Shown here: positions 53,576 to 64,000 of the stretch, in pieces
How positions within the stretch are numbered: the first letter of the stretch is position 1
How the letters are laid out: the number at the start of each line of letters is the position of its first letter
NCBI RefSeq assembly: GCF_006345805.1
Contig: NC_042998.1
Coordinates: 86,986,001-87,050,000, forward strand
Source: Octopus sinensis
Lineage: Eukaryota
Length of the DNA stretch: 64,000 bases
Reading direction: 5' to 3'
Program-made: the position numbers and the translations under genes
Notes under the pieces: generated by a model
The model's database searches: none
Seen by the model: only the letters and a program-made list of their open reading frames with translations
Told to the model about the DNA's origin: nothing

Positions 53576-54339
53576 ATACACTCATATATTGGTGTATATA
53601 TGTATGCGCTTTTCTCTGTACACACACACACATGCATAACACATCAAGCTCAAGGTTTAATAATATAAAGTAAAGGCAATGAAGCATCATGTATTTTGTC
53701 TTGCTAAATCTGCTTATATAAAATCTAATATAGCTAAGATCTTTCTCAACTTAATATGAAAGCATTTACCCTTTAACCAAAAATATAGCAAATTATTCCA
53801 CAGACACACCCTCAAATGAAGTTATAGTTGTACTTTTAACATGTAAAATATCCACTAGATCAAACCTACAATTACATCTGAAGAAAACTATTCTTACAAA
53901 AACTTAAAGCTTACATATTGAACAGATACTGAAATGGTAAAGTCATAATCTACCAAGTAGAAGCTGATCATTTTAATCCCAACCAAAGCAACACTACCAA
54001 ATTATATGTATATAGATGACTGAGGAGAAAGTTGAGATAGGTTATTACTAACTTTTTTCAAAATACAGAAAAACTCAACACATATAAGTTTTCCATATGT
54101 ATCTGGTTTTTGAAATACTCAGCCTTCTATTATGATTCAAAGCCTTGAAAGATCCAAGCCATACAGCTATTGCAGCAAAGAATTTGATTAAGGCACAGCT
54201 GAAAAAGCCTGATTTTAAAACTAAAGACAGCCAGAATTTTCAGCTTCATTCCAAACCTGAAAAGAAGAGGATAATGAAGATATAACACACAGAAGATCAT
54301 ACCTTGGTATCTACATAGTGGTAAATATATGCAATGTGA

Positions 54340-54669
54340 GGGCGCGTGGCTTAGTGGTTAGGGCATTCGGCTCATGATCGTAAGGTTGTGAGTTCGATTC
54401 CCGGCGACGCGTTGTGTCCTTGAGCAAGACACTTTATTTCACGTTGCTCCAGTCCACTCAGCTGGCAAAAATGAGTTGTACTTGTATTTCAAAGGGTCAG
54501 CCTTGTCACTCTCTGTGTCACGCTGATTATCCCCGAGAACTACGTTAAGGGTACACGTGTCTGTGGAATGCTCAGCCATTTGCACGTTAATTTCACGAGC
54601 AAGCTGTTCCGTTGATCGTATCAACTGGGACCCTCGTCGTCGTAACCGGCGGAGTCTTAAAGAAAAAGA
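54340..54669 (+). mobile_element. Young tRNA-derived SINE with probable TSD
   Basis: A box TGGCTTAGTGG, B box GAGTTCGATTCC, many CpGs, flanks aaatatatgcaatgtga and aaatatatgcatgaga. Confidence 0.85.
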
Positions 54670-55142
54670 AAATATATGCATGAGAATATATCTTGATTTC
54701 AGTTTTGGATTTTGTGCAAGATTTTTTATGTGAGTTCGTGCTTCCCAGATGCAACAAAAAGGGTTAATATTTACATTTAACTTCAGCATTAATGTTTAAC
54801 TCTTTATCTCCCACTCCATATTTCTCTTATCCTTTACAATCTTACAAATTAGAGCTGCTCTCCAAATTAGAGCTGCTCAATACCACTGGATTGGGGGTCC
54901 AATACCAATACTGCTGAAGGGTATCAGAGTCTTTGGGATCTTCAGTTGGTAGCTGGTGAAAGGAATGCCCCAAAAGAACTGTAATGTAAAGTAATAATTT
55001 ATATAAATGCGAAAAAAACAGACAAAACAAAACATCTAGTAACTAAATAGAGATCACATACACTTGCATACACACGCACACATGCACACATATACATACA
55101 TACATACATATACACATACATATGTATACATACATGTGTGTA

Positions 55143-55225
<83 letters not shown>

Positions 55226-55370
55226 CTCTATATATAATTTCAGCAAAACAATTTAGATTCAAAAGAATATGGTACTTAACTTAGATGCAACAGAATTTTT
55301 TATGGTATTAACCATAAAATTACATGGGGTGATTATAACCAAGAAGAAAGCAACAAGAATGGATCGGTAG

Positions 55371-55456
55371 TTTAGTACAATTGTTTCATACTATAAACAT
55401 TTATTTAAAGCTGCAAATATTACAGCAAATATAATGTCAAGTATTCTTCAGCTAAA
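55371..55456 (-). ncRNA. Type I hammerhead ribozyme, catalytic core intact
   Basis: TTTAG-CTGAAGA-ATACT[long stem-loop]AGTAT-GAAAC-AATT-GTA-CTAAA. Confidence 0.75.
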
Positions 55457-55572
55457 TTTCATATAGGTTTTCCAAACATCTTAGAGAGTGTAAATGTCCT
55501 TATGAAGTTATAGGAGTGAGTTCCATGAAGGATATTTACACTCTCTAAGGTGTTTGGAAAATCTATATGAAA

Positions 55573-55659
55573 TTTAGCTGAAAAATACTTGACATTATAT
55601 TTGCTGTAATATTTGCAGCTTTAAATAAAATGTTTATAGTATGAAACAATTGTACTAAA
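55573..55659 (+). ncRNA. Second hammerhead copy with G8>A core mutation
   Basis: CTGAAAA instead of CTGAAGA; otherwise as in the left arm. Confidence 0.65.
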
Positions 55660-55691
55660 CTACCGATCCATTCTTGTTGCTTTCTTCTTGG

Positions 55692-55739
<48 letters not shown>

Positions 55740-56019
55740 CATGTGTTTTGACTGGCACAATAATGCACTATAATAACAACAATGGCCTATAATAACTGGT
55801 GTAATTTAAACATCCATAGTCTGATATAATATTTTGGAATATAAAAATTCCTTCTTCAGATATCCCTAGAAATTGATCGAGTCACTGCTATAATTGGTTT
55901 TCCAACCGTTTTTTTTTTTCTGGAAGCATCTCTGCAGTGGTCTCACAAAGCTACTTCCGGAATTCCTCATGAGAAGTGTGTGAGGGCAGCCATGTCTCAA
56001 GCTTCTGGTTGCTGGCACA

Positions 56020-56190
56020 TCTGTAGTGCTGGCCCATCAGGAATCACTGCAGAGATGCTTAAAATATCTGGTGGTGTCGGCTATAATCTAGTCACCCGTA
56101 TAGTCAATCAGGTGATACATGAAGGAGTCACACCCAATGACTGGTGTAGCAGCACCATAGTCAACTGCTGCAAAGGTGGAGGTGACGCAT
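56020..56190 (+). mobile_element. RTE LINE RT N-terminal fragment
   Basis: AGPSGITAEMLK...PNDWCSSTIVNCCKGGGDALD. Confidence 0.8.
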
Positions 56191-56269
56191 TAGATACATG
56201 CATACATACATACATACATACATACATACATACATACATACATACATACATAACATCGTACATACAAGT

Positions 56270-57130
56270 GCAAACATAATAAGCCAGATATTGTTGTTTG
56301 GAACAAACAAAGGAAAGTATGTACTGTTATAGAGATTAGCTGCTCTGTTGATGTGAACATTTCTTCAGAAATCTAAAAGAAATAGGATAACTATGGATAA
56401 CTGGTTTAAAATCTTCAAGTCCTATATTCAGATGAGAAATTCACATTTATATCTATATATATAAAACTGTAGTTGTGTGAGTGTCTGTCCCCTTCGATTT
56501 AGATTCCTAACTACTCCCACATTTTGCGGTGCAGTTTAACCAAATTCGGGTATCTTATAGTCGTGATTTATATCGAGCCCGTCTGAGTATTAGCGCGCGT
56601 CTACGATGAGTCTACTATTTTAAAAATAATTTAACATCATTTTTTATTCCATTTTAATGCATAATTTTTCGTGTGTCGATGGCGGCGGAGTTGGCGTCCA
56701 TGGTCACACCTGCACCTGTTTGCTTCTCCCCCTTCTTCCCTCCCTCGTGAAGCTGTGGGGAAGGGAGTGTAAGGAAATCAATGTCGTAAAGCGTTGTCAA
56801 GGAGACCAGCGTTCTTTTAGAACAACGACTTCATGGCTTGAAGACACCAAAACAGAAATGGCTAAGAAAGCCCGAATTGGCATCTATAAGGGAAGTAACT
56901 CTCTAAAAATGCTTATATAGTTATTTCCCTTACAAACCCGAGCAACGCCGGGCGATACTGCTAGTTAATAATAATAATTGGTGCATTGGGTTTTGTAAGT
57001 AAATGACTGACAGTTTGAATGAAATAGGGTTTTTCAGAATGACTAAACCAGCTAACTTGGGCATTACAAATACAATCGGTAAGTGGAACAGTAAAAATAT
57101 GCATGACCTTTCTCAAATTCAAAATATAAA
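56270..57130 (+). mobile_element. RLE retrotransposon endonuclease remnant (third family), split by a Helitron
   Basis: NKPDIVVW...VIEISC...FTFI | LIIIIGALG...LQIQSVSGTVKICMTFLKF. Confidence 0.75.
56452..56964 (+). mobile_element. Complete non-autonomous Helitron (513 bp)
   Basis: 5' TC, 3' CTAG, subterminal hairpin CCCG-agcaacgc-CGGG, A|T insertion without TSD, CpG-rich. Confidence 0.88.
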
Positions 57131-57134
57131 TTGT

Positions 57135-57350
57135 TTTCATGTTTTCATCATTTAGCATCCATTGCCCATGCTGGCATGGATTGGATGGTTTGACCTGAGT
57201 TGGCAAACTGGAAGGCTACACAAGACTCCAGTTTGATTTGGCATAGTTTCTGCAGCTGGATGCCCTTCCTAATGCTAACCACTCTGAGAGTGTAATGGGT
57301 GCTTTTACATGCCACCGACATGGGTGCTATTTGTGTGACACTGGTATCTA
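57135..57350 (-). mobile_element. RTE LINE 3' tail
   Basis: ccatgctggcatggattggatgg...ggatgcccttcctaatg...gggtgcttttacatgccacc. Confidence 0.75.
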
Positions 57351-57458
57351 CTATGTATTAGTTTTTATTATATATATTTCAACAGTGGGGCTTCATGTCT
57401 TTGTAAGAGATCAGTTCCTTCCTTACAGGATGATTTCAAATAATCAAAAATAGAAGAG

Positions 57459-57498
<40 letters not shown>

Positions 57499-57801
57499 AG
57501 TGCATATAAAGAATCATACTGTACACGTTACTTTTACATACACCAATACATAGAAACAAACATTCATACATACAAATATATGTATGGGAATAATGTTTTA
57601 TTACATAATGTTAGGAGATGTATTTTAGTGAATGTGCAGTTTTATGGTGTATAAACAGCTATATTAGCAAAAGTGTATATGTTTGTAGGCATATACACCT
57701 GCCTGCATGAATATTTGTGCAAGTAGGCATGCAGATGTATGCAGATTATATGCATGTCAGAATGCATAATATATATATACATGAATGTGTGTGTGTGTGT
57801 G

Positions 57802-57864
<63 letters not shown>

Positions 57865-58727
57865 GTTTGTGTATGTGTATGCATGTAGCTATGATTGACA
57901 TAATTATAGTTTTATAGGTTTCAGAAAACTGATAAAAGGAAAAAAGAAATAAAAGAAAAGAAAAGAAAAGAAAGAAGACATTTTGTGACAGTAATTTTTT
58001 TTTTTTTTGTGAGGGGGTCAAAGTAATGCAAATTATAAACATTAAAAAGTAATCAATCAAATAAATAAATAAATAACGATGATAATGATAATAATAATAT
58101 AAATAAATTTATCAAAGTGAAAACAACCTTGAATAACAGCATTCATTTATTGCTACATTTAAAAACAGAAGATAAAATGAATTTAAAAAATCAAAATTTA
58201 TAAATAATGTAAATAAAATGGAAAATTTTATTGTAAAAACAAGAATAAAAAAATCTAGCAAAACAAGAAAAAATTTAAGAAACAAACCAATGGGAGGACC
58301 TCTACATGGTCATGTGACTAGGTTGAACTGGCACCCATTACTGAAATTCTTTCGATCTCCTCATCGAGGACTGGCCTAGGGCTAAACAACAATAACAATG
58401 ACAAAAACAACAACACTATCAATAATAACAACAGCTACAACATCAACAAATAGTAAGCGCCTCTCATTTTTCACCCCTCCTATCAATCCCCCCTTGCCCT
58501 ACCTTATTCAATTTAAATAAATAAATAAATCAGCGTCTTTAAAAATAATCCCCCCCCCCAAAAAAAAAACGAGAAAAAATAACCAGAAAAGACTGTAAAT
58601 AAACACTGCTGGCTTAATTTTTTTAATAATTATTTTTTACCCCTACCCATAAATTTTCAGTCTTGTGCTTATGTTAGAAATCATCACCATCATGATCATC
58701 ATCATTGTCATCATCATTGCTCTGTGG

Positions 58728-58764
<37 letters not shown>

Positions 58765-58959
58765 GATTATTGTTATTACTGCTGCTGCTGCTGCTGTTGC
58801 TACTGCTACTACTACTGCTGCTGACGTTGCTGCTGTTATGTGCTGCCACTGTTGTTGTTAACCAAAACAACTGTTGCCATCACTACCAATGCATACACAC
58901 ACTACCGTTACATACACATATACAAGCATGCATACACACACGCACATACACACATGCTA

Positions 58960-60119
58960 TCTCTTGTTCTCTCTCTCTCTCTGTCCTTTATTCTCTCTCT
59001 CTCTCTGTCCTTTATTCTCTCTCTCTCTTTCTCTCATCCAGTCACTTTTCTCTTCCTTTCTCCCAAATCTCTTTATACATCTATATATTTATATATGCAT
59101 CTCTCTCTCTCTCTCTCTCCTAATATATCTTTCCTCTTGCTCATAGCCTCTTACTCTCTGTTTACTTCTCTCTCTTTTCCTTTCCTTCTCCATTTCTTGC
59201 TCCTCCTCTCTCTTCTTTCCTCCCTCTCTCTCTCCCGCTTTCTCTCTCTCCTTTCTCTGTCTCTATCCTTCCCTCTGTCTTGCTCCCTCTCTCCCTTCTC
59301 TTTCCCTCCCCCTCTCTGTCTCTCACACATTTCCTGCTATTACTGCCGACATCCTCACTCTTTCTCTCATTCTTTCTGCCTCTCTCTTTTCCCCTTCTCC
59401 CTCCATTCTCCCACTCCTCCTCTCTCTTTCTCTGCACCTACTTTTCCTTCTACCTCTGACACCTTCTTCCCTCATCGTCAAAATCATATTCTTATTTTTG
59501 TTCCTCTTCTTTTTATCTCTCCCTCTTTTTTCTTCTTGCTCTTTATTCCTTCATTTCTCTCTCAACTCCTACTTGTATTTCACTACAAAATGTCATATTC
59601 TTGTAGCCTCTCACTCCCTTTACTTCTGCAGGGTGTGCAAGTACATGTACTTACAAATGTATGCATGTGCTTCTGAGATCCATTCTGATTAACACAACCG
59701 TTAACACCGACTGCCTTTATCTCCTGTCTTTTTCCCACTTTCCTCATTACACAAATTCTTCTTCCCCGCTCTCTCTCTCTCTTTTTCTCTTCTCTTCTAC
59801 TTAGCTCTCTCTTTCATTTATGCTCCATATCTGGTTAAAATAATGTGCAAGTATCTTAATTGTATTGCAGCACAAAAACAAACAAAATATGAGCCTCTCT
59901 TTCTCTCTCTCTCTCAAAAGAGAGGCTTCTACGATGTGTCCATTCTATGTTTTATACAATGTCATAAGTACTTACTTCTCACAGGATTTGTAAGTTGGCC
60001 CTGAAAAGACTGGGTGGAGTGGGGAATGGTTGAGTTAAAAGATTGTTGGATGGCTGGTTGTTGTGAAGATTGGATGGTCTTCTGATTACATTGAGAAAGA
60101 GAGAGAGAGAGAGAGAGAC

Positions 60120-60154
<35 letters not shown>

Positions 60155-60272
60155 AAGAGAGAGACAGAGAGCAAAAAAGTGATAGAGGGAGAGAGAGATT
60201 GGCAGCTAAATAGACAAATATGACAGATTGATAGGCAGACAGACAATCAAATAGATAGATAGACAGATGGAG

Positions 60273-60310
<38 letters not shown>

Positions 60311-60339
60311 TAGATAGATAGATAGATAGATAGATAGAC

Positions 60340-60390
<51 letters not shown>

Positions 60391-60480
60391 CAGATAGATA
60401 GATAGATATGTACATGAAAAGATAGATAGGCAGGTAGATAGGTAAATAGGTAGAAATATAGGTAGATAGATAAATGCATA
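58960..60480. repeat. Extended polypyrimidine (CT-rich) tract followed by (GACA)n/(GATA)n
   Basis: Direct reading. Confidence 0.9.
59655..59830 (-). other. Candidate 176-nt exon (unverified)
   Basis: Acceptor ttattttaaccAG, donor GTAAGT, ATG-initiated open frames to the donor; no homology recognised. Confidence 0.25.
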
Positions 60481-61605
60481 GATAGAAGAGAAGATGGATT
60501 TAATGTTGGCTTAATGGATTGAGGAATGGCCAGCTGCATAGCTGAATGGATTGTCAAATGATTCAATGAACGGTTATCAATTTATAGATGATTAGCTGTA
60601 ATTAGTGATGGCTGGATGGACTGAAGAACTGACAGCTGTACAGACTAATGGATTGGTGGTTGGATGGATAGATTAACTAAATAGTGTTGTACATATATTC
60701 ACTGATGGCTGGAGTGTTTGATCAATGGATTAGTGAACAGAGCAACAATTGGTTACAGGGATTGAGACTGCTGGATTAATTAAGGAAGGCTACTTTGTTT
60801 GGATGAGAAATGGGTATTCTTTCTGTTTTCTTTTATTTAAATTTTTTCGCTGGTTTCAGTCACTGGACTGTGGTCATACCTTTCAAGGGCTTTTACTCAA
60901 GCATATTGACTCCAATGTTCATTCCAGTCTGCTATTTATTTCAATGATTTTTTAATTTATTGAATGATTCAGTAACGTTTTGCATAAAAGAAATGTAACT
61001 TGAATTATCCCATAGAAACATAAACATACAGAGCTCCCTCCCTCCCCCTCTCTCTCTCTCTCACACACACACAAATATACTAACTATTCATCTGTCTATC
61101 TGTCCATTTGTTTGTCTGACTGACAAAATATGTTATAAGTGGAAGGGCAATTGAAAAGATAAAAGGAATTAATTCATTTGTTCATTTTACATCTGTTATT
61201 CCATGCTACCATAGTTTGGATGGAGATTTCTTTAAATATAAGATCTCTAGTTGGATGTTCTTCCTGTTGTTAAACCTTATCTGATTTCCAAGTAAGAGAT
61301 TTTTCTTTTTTGTTCCTCTATTCTTCAAAATTGTAGAGTGATCTGTCATAATGTCAACTAAAAGTCTAAACACTGAGTTACTATTTCAATCTGTTGGTGA
61401 CAGGTAATGCTGTGAAATGTGCAACACAAGTGCTATACAATGGGAATGAACCCAGAACTAGATGGTTGTGAAGCAAACTTCTTAGCTACATAGCCATGCC
61501 TTTACTTATGGGTCTATGTATTAATATTAATAGAATACAAGGGTTTATGAAAAAAATTGAAACTAGTTTGATCTCTGGTTGAATATATATATATATATAT
61601 ATATA

Positions 61606-61936
61606 TAAGATGAGAAAATAGAGAGGTAATTAATAAATTATTATTTATTAATTAAAAATTGCCAAACATCCCTTACAGCTGTTTCAATTCTAGATCTTCA
61701 GAAGATTAATTAATTAATAAAATTAGAAATTATTTGGAAGTCGGATCTCTTCAGACGTAGATAAAGATATACAAATGAGGTTAATTTTTGAATATCTTTA
61801 TCTACCTCGGAAGAAATTCGACTTTCAAATAATTTTCAATTTAATTAATTTTCTGAAATCTGGAATTGAAACAGCTGTATGGGCTGTTTGTCAATATTTT
61901 AATTAATAAATGATGATTTATTAATTACTCATCTTA
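61606..61936. mobile_element. Palindromic mini-element with decayed long-stem-II HHRs
   Basis: Arms 61606-61770 and 61792-61936; CTGAAGA...GAAAC-AGCT-GTA on minus, CGGAAGA...GAAAC-AGCT-GTA on plus. Confidence 0.75.
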
Positions 61937-62106
61937 TTATTATTATAAATAAGTATATATAAACCACAGTCTATATAGTTACCTTGCAGTTGAGTATTAA
62001 ATGTAATGTTCAATATTCTTTGTATAGGTAACTAACCAGTACTTTCATAGGATTTTGCTATCCCTGAATGAGGTTTGTAATCTTTAATTAAGCTTCTGTA
62101 TTTCTG

Positions 62107-62141
<35 letters not shown>

Positions 62142-62160
62142 ACACACACACATCCGTATG

Positions 62161-62223
<63 letters not shown>

Positions 62224-62859
62224 GAATTGGAGGATACATGTATAAATGAATAAGTGTATGAGTTTATTAAGATCTCTGATATAAAATGGTTTACCTTGAT
62301 TTCACACTTGCTTATAAGATATGTTTACAGTAGAAAGAAGCTAAGTTGTAATCTTTTGCATAATCCACAAGATTTATTACAGTAAAATGAGAAGTTGGGC
62401 TCAAGAGATAACATCCAGAGTACTTGCTTGCATAAAAGGAAAAAGTTTCTGTACTATTTTCATAAAGTAGGTTTTTCATAGAAAAATTCATAATGAAAAC
62501 TTTCCGATACCTTTCAATTTTATTTTTATTTCCTCTTATAACTATTTCTTCTGTGTTACCACTTTTGCAACCATTTTTGATTATGTAATGTAGCTTTAGG
62601 AAAAAAAGTAAATTGCAATAGCGTTCTAAAAATCAACATTCCATTGCCTTCTCCTTTTTTCTCATTAAGGGTTTTAATTGCTTTCTTTCTTTTTCATTTT
62701 CCTTCTTTTTTTTTGATATTGTAGTTTTTGAGTTCTGTGAATGGACTAGGATACCTTTAGTTACTAAGATTGAATTCTATCATTACTTTTATTTATTTTA
62801 TATGCACACAATCAAATATTCCTTTCCTATTTCTTTTTTATATACAGAAAATCAAATTC

Positions 62860-63810
62860 TTATTTACACTAACATTTTGAGGTCAGTCTTCACCACTTCA
62901 TCCCACAACTTCTACTTATTCTTTCCATGTTTAGCAACAAGCCCTTTGTACAGCTGTCCTCATCCATTCACATCAAATGACCATCCCAGCACAACCTTCT
63001 CTCATGCACATCTCATCTGATGCCACTTATGCCCAATTTTTCTCTGTGCTTTGTATTACATGCACACTGACATTGTATATTCATCGGAACATACTTGTTT
63101 TATTTCTTTCAAGTCTTTGCATGTCCTCTGCATTTACAGTTCAAATTTCACAGCCATGTAGCATTGTTGTTTGTACACAGGCATCATGCAGTCTACCTTT
63201 TATAGAGAGAAAGAAAGCTTTTGTTACTTTCAAAGGTAAGTTCTCTTAAATTTCTCCAACCAATTTGTATTCTAGTAACTATACTTTCAGAGCATCTGAC
63301 TCTACTGCTAATTAGGAACAGAAACAATCAACAACATCTAGATGTATTGCAGGACATCTATTGCCTGTGTGCTCTTATTGGTTTTTGCTCCTGTACATAT
63401 ACCACAAACAAATTCTACTTTCTTTATTAACCTTCCTTTGAATCCAGTTGACCTCTCATGAGTCCATAGTTTGCACTGAGCATACCGTATGAAATGTCTA
63501 CCAACACCTTATCTTTATATGGAACAGGGCTATTTACCTGAAGGGATTAGTGTCCTGTCTGTTTTCCTGCTAATTATAACTTTTATCTTTGCTAAGTGAA
63601 CCTTAAAACCATTTGATTTTAGGTTTTGTTTCCATATCTGGAATTTTAATTATAATTCTTCTGCACTTTCAGCTATAATAACAATGTCATCAGCATAGAG
63701 AAGTTCCCATGGGCAACTGGTCTTAAATTCCTTTGTTATGATCTGGGGAGACTATGATAAACAAGAGGGGACTGATAACCAAACCCTGATGAACTCCTAC
63801 CTGGACACTA
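62860..63810 (-). mobile_element. Degraded RTE LINE RT including the PHD-like insert
   Basis: VGVHQG...SPLLFII, CPWELLYADDIV, PCSI...QCKLWTH...FVCGIC. Confidence 0.8.
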
Positions 63811-63839
63811 AATTCTCTGCTGTACTAATTGTTATATCT

Positions 63840-63842
63840 TTT

Positions 63843-63888
<46 letters not shown>

Positions 63889-64000
63889 CTGTCGTTTAAC
63901 GTCTGCTTTCTATACTGGCATGGGTTGGATGGTTTCACTGAAGGCTGGCCAGCCAGAAGGCTGCACCAAGCTCCAACCTTATCTGTTAGAGTTTTTACAG
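63840..64000 (-). mobile_element. RTE LINE 3' tail running off the window end
   Basis: (CAT)n gtcgtttaacgtctgctttctatactggcatgggttgg. Confidence 0.85.

Larger units (their letters stand above)
55334..55696. mobile_element. Palindromic mini-element (168-bp arms, about 97 percent identical) with one HHR per arm
   Basis: Arms 55334-55501 and 55528-55696; 4 substitutions and 1 indel. Confidence 0.9.

Noticed and set aside
54340-54412. tRNA gene with CAT anticodon loop
   Set aside because: The acceptor stem does not pair, and it continues into a SINE body with a TSD.
58770-59676. Long Leu/Ser-rich ORFs
   Set aside because: Translation of CT-rich low-complexity DNA.

Overview
AT-rich eukaryotic genomic DNA with no prokaryotic features and no intact protein-coding gene that I can support. 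The dense (TA)n/(CA)n/(CATA)n/(TAGA)n/(CAT)n/(AAT)n microsatellites and the recurring repeat families are most consistent with intronic or intergenic DNA of an octopod cephalopod (inference, not database-confirmed). Most of the window is decayed mobile elements: many copies of one RTE-clade LINE (VNTR-containing 3' UTR, (GAT)n tail, PHD-finger-like insert inside the RT), BovB-like, RTE-X-like and CR1/L2-group LINE fragments, R4/Dong-like RLE retrotransposons stacked in an (AAT)n tract, Penelope-like elements (PLE), three tRNA-derived SINE families, Tc1/mariner derivatives, Helitrons and a probable solo LTR. Nearly all ORFs in the supplied track come from microsatellites or TE remnants. The most notable signal is a set of ORF-less palindromic mini-elements (43.1, 43.7, 51.4, 55.3 and 61.6 kb) with no obvious shared sequence, whose arms each carry an outward-facing type I hammerhead ribozyme (HHR) motif. 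One of these (55371-55456, minus strand) has an intact catalytic core. Coordinates and mismatch counts were read by eye and TE boundaries are approximate.
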